DNA of 61,940 nt, counting the filler, from Choristocarpus tenellus KU-1152 (lineage: Eukaryota > Protista > Phaeophyceae): NCBI GenBank assembly GCA_964200185.2. It is 12 parts of 12 records of this genome, joined end to end, with 100 filler letters (N's around TTAATTAATTAA, not from the genome) between each part and the next. Parts side by side here need not be neighbours in the genome. Positions count along the whole stretch, not along the records: positions 19,678 to 27,006 come from CAXNAD020006325.1; positions 27,107 to 33,226 come from CAXNAD020008892.1; positions 33,327 to 39,220 come from CAXNAD020009482.1; 9 more parts are not named here. One strand, 5' to 3'. The notes beneath the pieces were generated by a model. It made no database searches, was not told the origin of the DNA, and saw nothing but the letters and a program-made list of their open reading frames with translations. Positions 25,929 to 36,400 of the stretch are shown one piece after another; the stretch's first letter is position 1; each line of letters begins with the position of its first letter. Position numbers and translations under genes: made by a program.

Positions 25929-26972
25929 CTGCTTGGTTACAGATATCTGCCATCAAAAGGTACAATTTGTCGAAAATGATGGTGCAACATCAAGGATAGG
26001 AGGGGCGACATATGGGGATTGCCCAGGAGTGATAGCTAAAGGGCTTCAGGTGAAACAGGTTTAGGGCTTCAGTGTCAAATTTGCATGAGGATAGGTCCTC
26101 CAATTGCCTGAGAGATTCTTGATAAAAATAGAGCAAGCGCAGAAATTTCTTGAAGGAAATACTACCGAGCACCTTGTGCTCATGCACAGGAGGGATGAAT
26201 ATTTCTGATCAGAAAGCCTGCTCCTTTTGGAGGGTACGTTCGCTGGAATATAGTGAAACATACGATTTGTGTAAAGAGTTAGTTTAGGTGGACTCCTTGC
26301 ACTGCACCAACATCTTTACATTGTTGAATTGTTAGTAGATATAGTTTGTTCGATCCAGTCTGAAGTGCCCTAGCACTCCAAATGTTCTGATCAAATTGAC
26401 AAATTCTATCTAATAGACTGTTTTGAACACAATGCAGCGGTGTTTTGTGTTTGTGTTTGGGTCTCCTCGTTGCAAAGAGCTAAGGCCAGGGCAAATTGCA
26501 CCAACTAAGAGTAATAGTACTCGCAAAGATCATGTAAAAATCAATCCCTTTCACATGGGCTGATGCTGGAAACCCTCAAACTGCTTGTTACCTTTACTCA
26601 GCTTGCCTTCCCAGTCTACAATGTAGGAGAGATTTTCCATTGCCAACTTGAATTTGCAGCTTAGCAAGCACTCTGTAATACCAACCATTTAGCTAACCCT
26701 ACTGTCAGCTGCAAGTACAACTATGCCCCTCCCTTGACAAAGCGTCAATATTCACCCTGAAAGTAGCATATCACATCCTGTGGTAAGAGCAACAAACATG
26801 TTTTCTTCTTCATGAATGCAATCCCCTGATGAGAATCATGCGCTCTGTACTACAACTGAGCGCTAATATTCACTTGTAGGGTTCTTGTTCTTGAACGTTA
26901 AAGGGGACAATCCAGACAGTTGCAAGGATACCGCTTGCATGCATTAACAACAGTAATTTGACGTTAAGGAAA

Positions 26973-27006
26973 CACCCAAAGTATCTGGGGGGGGGGGGGG
27001 GGGGGC
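26973..27006. mobile_element. MITE TIR plus poly-G at contig end
   Basis: CACCCAAAGTATCTGGGG... Confidence 0.7.
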
Positions 27007-27106
27007 NNNNNNNNNNNNNNNNNNNNNNNNNNNNNNNNNNNNNNNNNNNNTTAATTAATTAANNNNNNNNNNNNNNNNNNNNNNNNNNNNNNNNNNNNNN
27101 NNNNNN
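27007..27106. other. artificial contig linker
   Basis: N44-TTAATTAATTAA-N44. Confidence 0.99.
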
Positions 27107-27925
27107 GTGTTCAAGTGGGTTCTTTGATTGCTTTTGGGGCGGGGGGGGGGCAGGGGGAGGAAAGTAATAAATATGGTTGTTTTAGTACTCAATATTTTTT
27201 GTTCAGTATGTGATCAAAGGTGCTCTTGGTATGATTCAGTGTTTTTACTATGTAGTGAGAGCTAACCATTACCATATGTAGAGCACCATTGGAGATTTTC
27301 TCTTGGCACATACATGGCATTTTGGTGTCATTTTGAGAATATATTTTTTGTATTTTAATTTGTGTCATACACCTATCGTTTCATGTAATAAACTCCAGGT
27401 GTTGTTGGTGTGTTGCTAGGATCTATCTTTGGTATTGTTACTTTTTGATCAAAACTGTGCAGTAAGTACAAGGTGTTCTAGTCACTAATTTCGTTACGCA
27501 TCTTTTTTTGTTTTTTTATTATTTTTTGTTGCTTATGACTGTACGTGTGTAAATGTGGTAATCATTTATTGATTTATCTTTATGCTATTGAATGATATGA
27601 ATGTAATACATTTTTTTACAGGAACCATTCCTGCATCGCTGGGGAATCTCCATAACCTGAAGACTCTCAATCTTACAGGGTTGGCAGAAGGTTGTCTATG
27701 CAGATATCGTAGAGAGACAAATGAGTATTTTTTATTTTGTGTAAATATTGTTCTGGTTTCTGCCTCTTGGCTTTGTATTTAAAGTAATGTCTCAACATGG
27801 ATGCATCTCACTTGTTTATGTCTACCCAAGTCTGTGCGGCTTTGGATTTTTTCAAACATGGATTGTTTCAAACGTTTTGTACAACTTCTTGTGTTACTAG
27901 CTCATGGTACATTTTCTTGATTATT

Positions 27926-29564
27926 GAGGGTTAGGATTAGGATTGTATGGGTTAGGGTTGATACTTTCTGTTATCTATTGTGTTGCTTATGACACTTAGG
28001 GTTAGGGTTAGGGTTTGATTCCTGGATGGAGGTTGTTAACTTGATACCCTAACCCTATAATATTTTTACATCATTTCATCTTTAAATATCCTCTTTTATT
28101 CACTATCTTGTCTTGTTTTCCTCCTTCCTCTTTCTATACCACTTACTTGTTGCATATCTCAACTAGTCTGTGTTGTGTGTTTGTGTAAGAGATTTTTATG
28201 GAGATTAATTTATTCCAGTCCATAAGTTTGAGGTTTGTAATGAGGTGATTTTGTTATGGATATATGTTACGGGGTGTGTCAAACTTGGTCCATATGTAGA
28301 TCTTTGAAGTGTTCAGCTAACCCTAACCCTAAGTTTTTACTGGGATAATTTTTTGACAATTTGAGTAAACATATCTTAGGGTTAGGGTACGAATTTTTCC
28401 CTGTTTGTCCATTCGGGACTTATCTTCCCATGGATTTTTTTGTGACAATTTCTTACTCCAAAATGTTTCAGAGTAGGCAAAATGTATACAATATGAAAAG
28501 GTGTGTATGGAACAAGGATATCGACGCTTCCTAACAAACACGATAGCCAAAATTACATCAAAATCGCAACATTGGATTTTGGTCCCCAAATAGATGCGGC
28601 CCTACCCTCTAAGATACTTTGGCTCCTTAGCAAGTATGAACTAATGACTTACGTTTTGATTCTTCTACTTGATTGAACCTTTGTCTCAATTCGTGTGATA
28701 ATGTTGGTACAGATTATATTTGTGTACAACCGAATGTCTTGATTATGTCAACATTTTTTTTTATATGGGGTCAACTTTGTTACATTTTTTATATAATGCT
28801 CCCATTATGTCAATTGTTGAATAGACTGCGCCTATCTTGTTTTAGTAGGTGTGAATCATTTCTCCTGCACAAGATTTTTCATTTATCTGACAATGTGTAA
28901 CTACCTACTGATGACTTTAAATAGATCTTGTAGGGGGAATACCTGCCACGCTGGGGTGTCTTCACCACCTTGAGAGCCTAAATCTCAGCTACAATCGACT
29001 TGAAGATGACCAGTCTTTTCTGTGTTCATGTAGTTGTTCTTCTCCTGCCCTTCTAAAACCATGTCCATGTAAGCTGGGTCAGCTGTAGAGCATCTCATGG
29101 ATCACCTTTGTTAATTTTGTATGCTAATTTCACATTTATACTTTTGGTAGAGATAACTATTTCTAGTCAGAGTGTCTTGTCTAATCAATCTGTTTTCATT
29201 AGAGACTTTTGTAATGGCTTAGGGTTAGGGTAGGTTTTAACGTTTGTTAGGAATGATCAGTTGTGTATTGATTATTGCACTTTTTATTTTTTGTAGCAAA
29301 TATTTGTTGACCCTCCTTGGTGTGTAAATATCTTGTACTTGATGTATTTAATATAATTTGATATTATGGCGACTTGCTGCAATTATGTGTTACAGATTTT
29401 ATGGCAAATGAACTTCTAAAATGAATAATTTTAGTTGTCACTTATGCTAACCCTAACCTTCCTGAGTGTTCTTTTAGTATCCTTTTGATAATTGGTTAGG
29501 GTTAGGGTTAGGGTTAGAAAAAACATTTATTTTTTTGCTATTTTCCTGACTTAGGGTTAGGGTT
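27926..29564. repeat. cluster of short interstitial telomeric-type (TTAGGG/CCCTAA) tracts
   Basis: Tracts near 27926-27959, 27996-28015, 28027-28037, 28317-28332, 28376-28388, 29219-29231, 29447-29458, 29494-29517, 29551-29564, in both orientations. Confidence 0.9.
28363..28625 (-). mobile_element. MITE family B, full copy in a ROCO intron
   Basis: GAGTAAACATATCT...AAGATACTTTGGCTC, flanks TTT/CTT; colinear with 13242-13504. Confidence 0.85.
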
Positions 29565-30110
29565 GACAATATCTGACGATCAAGCTGTATAAACAGGGGT
29601 ACAGGTCAAAGTCTTAAATTATTTATGGCACATGTTGCTTAACTTGAGAATTACATGATTTGAAATCTCCGTATGTGGTTATATTACTCACAACAGCATA
29701 GTTAAGCAGGTAATTTGTTTGTGTTAGGTTCCTCTTTTTGGTCTCTTTTGTGTGGGACGGTGCTTTGAATAGGTTGGGCCAAGATGTTTAGTCTGAGCAT
29801 AGAAGGTGATTTAAGAATTTGTGGTTGTAAGAATAGATGTGTTTTCGGTTTTGCATGCTTTGTCACTCCACTTTCCACTTTGACGTTTTGTATTTTTTGT
29901 TTTGAACGTGTTTTTCCTGTGGAATAAATTTGTGTCATTAATCGAATACCTCACTGTTTGCTTGAGTATGTATCAGTTTAATACCGGTGTTTTAATGTTT
30001 GATGTTTCAGTTTTTGAATGTTGTATTTCTATGGTATCACTTAGTCTTGTTTATCAATATTTTCTAGTGTCTATGTTTAACCCTCATTTTATCTTCCTTC
30101 TGTATTTTAT

Positions 30111-30740
30111 ATCATGCTTAACTTTCAAGTGTTTGCTAATCAAATCATCAAGCTCCTTTACCGCAGATGAAACCTCATCATCACCTTCCATGAGGTTAAT
30201 ATGTGTCCCAACAACCAAAACAGAGGAACGAGGCACCCTGCATAGCATTACATCAGTTTACCTCTGTCTGACTTTTCATGGGAAAACTTGTGGAGTTCAA
30301 CTACAAGAAGGTGCAAGGCACCCCTAGTAAGGAAAAACGGACGCCTAGTCATACTCCTTATGTGCACCAAAGTTCCATAACATCAACTCTAGTGAATTGT
30401 CAGGTCTTGGCTTCCAGGACAGTATATCCACACCATGAGTGCGATCTTCTGGTTTGGTCAAATCAGGCTTTCCTGCCAACATACTCCTGGCAAGGTTGGT
30501 ATTGCCTGCACAAAGCTTTCCAACCAGAACCACCTTGAGCCTGTAGGACTTGGTCGACCCAGAACGTTCACTAGCCTTATGATATCAAACAATGACCTCG
30601 AGACCATGATCCACCCCTTCAGGGGGAGGACTAACCCAAATGTTGTTATCGGTCCTTAACACTTAGGATATCAACCTTCATTGGTTATTTTCCACATTCT
30701 TTATAATGAGATTTTTCAAAGAAGGTAGCACTGCGACTGA
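30111..30740 (-). pseudogene. inverted second copy of the ROC exon 5' part (LRR cap + P-loop + ROC)
   Basis: Minus strand reads ...TDNNIWVSPPPEGVDHGLEVIV*YHKASERSGSTKSYRLKVVLVGKLCAGNTNLARSMLAGKPDLTKPEDRTHGVDI...LWNFGAHKEYD*; stops and indels; 30111-30497 is homologous to 30742-31151. Confidence 0.9.
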
Positions 30741-33176
30741 TAACATGCCAGGAGAATGTTGGCAGGCAAGTTTGATTTGACTAAACTAGAAGATCGCACT
30801 CGAGGCGAGGATACACATCCTTGGAAGCCAAAACCTTATGAGCTGCTAGAGTTGGTGTTATGGGACTTTGATGCACATGATGAGTATGACCCTATGCGTC
30901 CGTTTTTCCTCACTAGGGGTGCCTTGCACCTTCTTGTAATTGACCTCAACAAGTTTCCCCATGAAAATTCAGACAGAGGTAAACTTGTCTACAGCTGGCT
31001 TTATCTATTACTATACAGGGTGCCTGGTTCCTCTGGTTTGGTTGTTGGGACACATATTGACCTTATGAAGGGTTAGGGTGATGATGAGGTTGCATCTGGG
31101 GTAAATGAGCTTAAGGAATTGATTGGTGAACACTTGAAAGCCAAGTGTGATGAGATGGAGAAGATATTTTCTAAGCGGCAGGGGGAGTTGGGTGCGGATA
31201 AAATGAAGGAGGTTCAACCACCTGCAGATCTTGACATCTTAGGAGTGATGGCTGTCTTCTGTCGGTCAGGAGGAGACAGGATGGATGCTGTTCGAGAGAA
31301 GATTGTGGAGCTTGTGATGCATGAAGATAGACCTATCTCAGAGGGAATTTGCTTGTATTCCGATGTGGGTAAGGTTATCTCAATGGCATTGGCAAGGGCA
31401 TATGCTGTGATGGTCGCCCTAGGTGATGGGTTAGACCCGTTGGTGACAGCAGGCAGGCTGGGTGAAGTGTCACATGCCAAGGGTCAAGGTCAAAGGATAT
31501 TCCCGTATTTGCATTTGGAGGATGCTGTGGAGAGATGGAAAGATATTTGGAGGGAAACTGGGAGGGTGATGCAGAAGATGCTGCTGTCACTGAGTATCTG
31601 AAGGTGTGTAACTGTTTTTGTTGTGGTCACTATGTATCGTGGATTTTGTTTGTATTTCTAACTTGTCCTTAGGATAAACTACTCGTAGTCTTAAGATATA
31701 TAGAGAAGATTCTGTCTTCTTGATACATTCAGTTTGTTATGAAAGAGATTGACTGCAAAGAATTTTGTTATGAAAGAGTAACTGATTGTATTTTAAAGTG
31801 AACCTACCAAATAAGTGAGTTAATATGACTTTATTTGTAGAAATATCTCAGAATATAGATATCCCAATCCGGTACAAAGCACAGACTTGGGAAAATAAAA
31901 GAGAGTTTATCGGTAAATTTCTAATGGTGTTTGGCATGATGCACTATTCAATTTATATTGAGCAAATGGAAAGATCGTCAATTCACTTTCTACTCTCCAA
32001 ACCTTTGATCCCCAAAATTTCTACTTACGGAAATTGCATGTTCTTGATATGGAGATACGCTCTGTAAGAAACACTAGCATCTTACACAAGGTGAGACTGA
32101 AGTGTTAGCAGTTCAAGGCGACTTCTACTAGTAGTATTTGTTGGTTAGCAAGTTCTTGAAGTTTGATTGTGCAAACTTTCAAAGAATTTGGGTTAGTTTA
32201 CTTAGTGCTTGTAGCTTTCATGTTGCAAGCTCTCCAATTAATATATATATTTTTGGTCCATGACCGATTAGCTTACAACCAAAGTGTGTCGTGAGTTCAA
32301 CCAGACCAGGGGTACATTAACTTGTTAAATAATGAGAGGGTTTTGTAGAATGATGGAATGCTTTGGTTTGAGGAAGACTTGTTATTGTTGTGGTTGTGAA
32401 ATTGTTTGGTGGTGCAAATTGAAGTTGAAAGCGGATATTGGAGATGCGTTTCACCTGTTTCTGTCTTTTGTTTTGTGTTTTGTCCCTTCTGGAGTTGTTG
32501 CTATGCATGCGTTTTAATTATTTCATACTTAATTGCACATTTGCGTTTGGATGAAGTGGGTTGTTATATACTTTTTTCAAACTTGTTGGGGACTGCTTGG
32601 CATGTTGTAACCACTGCTAGTCAAGTGAATAACCAAATAGGGATAACAGATAGACATCGAGGTTAAATGGTGTAACACTTCAATTGAACAAAATGTTTTA
32701 GATAACTTTTTGAACCCATGTACTGAAAGGCCAGACAATGCCAAGTGTTTACATTTTTTTGTCTACTTTTTTGCTTTGCGCGTGAAGCAATCTGATCACA
32801 TTTGTGATGGTTTGCAGGATGCGGTTGAACTGAACCAGACTGAGGGTACATTCCTGCTGTCATGTGGAATACTCTATCTTGACCCATCTTGGCTGAACAA
32901 GCCTCTCCGGGCAATCTTGGACCACAGATTGGCAGATCCAAAACAGGAGACATATATGATGGAACAGCTCAAGGAATTTGACGGCTGTCCTGGTGTTGAT
33001 TGGTGTGGTCTTACGTATGTCCATGATACCTTCTGTACCACAGGGAGGCTGTTGGCTATTTGCGCTTTTTGTGGGGTGATTTGGATGTGGACAAGGATGA
33101 GGTTGTCTTCAAACGACTTCTATGCACTATGTCAGAGATTGGGGCTATTTTTGAGAGCACTTCTGCAAGTGCTCCA

Positions 33177-33226
33177 GACTCAAAGTATCTGGGAGGGGGT
33201 CGCGGCTGTCCATTTGGGGTCAATTT
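33177..33226 (+). mobile_element. MITE family A left end inserted in the COR exon, truncated by contig end
   Basis: GACTCAAAGTATCTGGGAGGGGGTCGCGGCTGTCCATTTGGGGTCAATTT. Confidence 0.88.
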
Positions 33227-33326
33227 NNNNNNNNNNNNNNNNNNNNNNNNNNNNNNNNNNNNNNNNNNNNTTAATTAATTAANNNNNNNNNNNNNNNNNN
33301 NNNNNNNNNNNNNNNNNNNNNNNNNN
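33227..33326. other. artificial contig linker
   Basis: N44-TTAATTAATTAA-N44. Confidence 0.99.
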
Positions 33327-33391
33327 CCCCCAGATACTTTGAGTCAGGGTCAAAAACGGACGCCGGCACCCCCCCCCAGATAATTTGACCC
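33327..33391. mobile_element. MITE TIR (33327-33345) followed by a 45-bp mini element (33347-33391)
   Basis: CCCCAGATACTTTGAGTC, then GGGTCAAAA...CCCAGATAATTTGACCC. Confidence 0.65.
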
Positions 33392-33453
33392 CTAAAGTAT
33401 ATGTCAGCCTCCAAAATTGCAGCCCTGTCACCATGATAGGACAGATAGCTTAC

Positions 33454-36400
33454 CGTTTGCTCAGCTGATGTAGGAGAAGTGCAACCACCTCCCCAAACAT
33501 AACAGGATCAGTAGATCCCTCCTTGACTGACACCTTCAACTTGTTTCCCTGGTGACATTCCCCTCCCCCATTTTCTGCAGTCAGTCCTGCTGTCTCTACC
33601 CCTTGAGCTGGGACCACAATAGTTGTCATTGAATCTATCCTTGCCCCAATCCCCTCTCCCACACTGTCAATATTCTGTTCGCTGTCAAGACTGCCTACCT
33701 TGTCCTCATACAAGTAGTCATCATTGTCACCATCCTTATTACTCTCAACATTATTCAAGAATATTTGTCCATTTTCTACCTTCGAGACCTGACCAATGCT
33801 TCCAGATCCTACAGCATCAGCCCCTCCCTCCCTAAGCACATCACCAGCACCAGTTTCTGTGAGTCCACCTCTCTCAGCAGGACCCTCTCCCATAGTGGTT
33901 TCTGCATCTGAACAGGTCGCACACACCTCCTCCACCACCTCCCCTCCCCCTTCCACACCAGACTTGCTCCAACCCTCTTCTCTTTCCCCCCCCACAATCG
34001 CCTCCTCTAAAATTTCCTCATCCTCTTGCATGTTGCTCCTGCCACGTTTAATCCCTCGGGCTGTCAATACTGTAGGCAAGGTACCCTCCACTCCTGTCCC
34101 TGGTCCTGTCCCCCCTATAGCCTCTACTAACCCTCCCCCCACAACTTCTTCAGGAAGAATTGCTGATCCTTTCCCAGCAACACACACTGCCACCACAGCT
34201 TCCAGCAATTCCTCCTTGCCCTCCCATGCCCTGCCGGGGATCAAGGACAACATCAGCCTCGTGAGGCATCTTCCCAGGGTTGATTGGCCAAGTAATGGGC
34301 CAAGGGTGACTGCAAGATCCTTAGCTCCTGCACAGCCCTGTCTCTTCGTGACCCTGCTTGTACCTGACACAGAGGACATCACCTCAGACAGGACTGCAGG
34401 GAGCTGAGTGCAACATTTCACACCACAGCAGCACACAGCACAAAACGTGTGGGAGTGGTTTTGAAGTGCTTGGTGTAAGATAACTGCCTTACAAGACAGA
34501 GGGATGGATGAGGGGCATAGACATTCTCTTCATATATCTATTGTATCTGTACTTGATGTATGCTAATGCTCCCGTACACTACACTACCCATTTATTCATG
34601 AAATTTTGAGGAAGTATTCTGGTGCGGAAAAATCTGACAAAACAACTGCAGCTGTACACCACCGCAAAATAATGCAGCAATACCATGGGCTCACTATTAT
34701 GGAAACAAACATTTGTGCATGTGTACTAAGCTGCATGTACCAACGTGCACTTGACTCTCCACTCTCATAGGAGGACAACAGGGTCACAGAACTTGTGAAT
34801 CTGGTAGGACAAGCAAGAACTCATAGATGGTAATAGCATTGACACAGGCATGGTGAGTATGAGGATGCAGCGTTCAAGAAATATGGATCAAGAGGGCAGG
34901 TCGAGAGGACTTGGGATAGGATACCAAGAGAAACTCTCTCCATAAATATATATTGTGTACCTATATTTTTCCCTCACCATCAAAAGCACAGCCTCCTTGG
35001 CAGACCTCACACGCAATGTCTCACCAGCTCCTGCAGCCCCAAGCTGGAGCTGTGTCAATCCCTCTTCCCAAACCTCCTTGAATGCTTTTGCCACAGGATT
35101 GTCGGGATCATGTCTCGCCACAAAGGCCAATGGCAGGACCTGCGCCCAACCACTAGCCTCAAACGCATTCCTGTCAACAGTCTCACCATCATCCCTTCCC
35201 TCTGCTCCCTCTGTACCCGCCCTGGTCTTGGCCCAGGTGGTCCCTGCAGATGCACCAAGCTGTCCCCCAGCCCTGCGACACAGGTCCCCAAGAAGCAAGG
35301 CTAGTGTCCGTCGCTGGCGCTGGTCCAGTGCAGGGTCTGCTTCCCGGAACATGTTGCAGAGACGGGCCGCAAGGCGTGCAATCCGGGGGGCAGGAGTCAG
35401 CCTTGCCACTGTCGAGAGAGCACCAGAGTATGACCTCCGGAGGGTGGCACTGGGCTCAGAGAGTGCAGCATTGGTGAGAACTGGTAGGAGCTTGGGAGCA
35501 GCTCGTCGAACCTCCCCAGGACATCGTTCACACAGGGAGAGGACAAGTCGAGTTGAGGCAGAGCGGGTTGCAAGCCCAGTGCCTGCACGTAGCAGCCCTA
35601 GGAGTCGGGGAATGAGGGCCTCCACAGCTGCTGAAGAACCACTACCGCCGTCCTCGAGGTATTGGAGACAATGGTCTAGGGCCTCTTGGAGGGGCCCTGC
35701 ACGTGATGCAGAGAGACGGAGGCGTTCCATCTGTTCCTGTGTCATGTCTAGTTGGGTCTCTGCATGAAACTGCATGTACTGAAGAGCCTGAGGATGATCA
35801 AAAAGCGGGGTAGTATGTTACAGATACAAGACAAGAAGTGTAGAAGGAGCCATGCAGAGAACTTTGAAGGACCCACACGCTTCAATGCATGAAGCATTTC
35901 TAAATTAGATTGCTCGACATTAAATGAATCACAACTGGGTTAATTTGATCTTTTACAGAAATATCTGTGGATGTAGAACAGTTTCAATTCCTGCCAATAA
36001 AAGACTATTTTCTAAGCGCCAAATGTAGTTTCAACACCTGCCCTAAATTCACCCTTGGAGGAAATGCAGGGTAGGTGGGGGTAGGGATAGGGGTGGGAAT
36101 GAGGGTGGGCCCTATTTCTGAACAAACTCTACTGCACGTACACACACACACAAGAAGTCAAGCAAAGCAAACATTTTCACCCCTCAGTAGATCACGCCCA
36201 AAATAGAAAAAGAAATGAACTGCATAATGACAGTTATACTCACTTTCCTGGCACCTCAACACCAACATCAACTCGCACCAACAACAACACCAACACCAAC
36301 ACCAACTACCTCATGATCCGTCAATTCTACTACAACACTGTAACACATGTCACTGCCAACACACCAAAGAAATGTCAGGGCCAATATATATCAGGGAATC

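Larger units (their letters stand above)
27622..33176 (+). pseudogene. LRR-ROC-COR (ROCO GTPase) pseudogene
   Basis: LRR exons 27622-27690 (GTIPASLGNLHNLKTLNL) and 28934-29005 (GIPATLGCLHHLESLNLSYNRLE, donor reads AT); ROC 30742-31603 (EDRTRGEDT, LWDFDAHDEY, FFLTRGALHLLVIDL, VVGTHID) lacking its P-loop, stop at 31074, frameshift near 31555; COR exon from 32818 (LYLDPSWLNKPLRAILDHRL) with frameshift near 33055 and a MITE at 33177. Confidence 0.88.

Noticed and set aside
27926-29564. A true chromosome end or telomere fusion site
   Set aside because: Tracts are only 2-4 units, separated by unique sequence and exons, and occur in both orientations.
33177-33345. MITE left end and right end on either side of one linker as a single element joining the ROCO and ECM29 contigs
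   Set aside because: Many contigs end in this repeat, so the pairing is expected by chance, and the flanks (CCA versus AGG) do not form a TSD.
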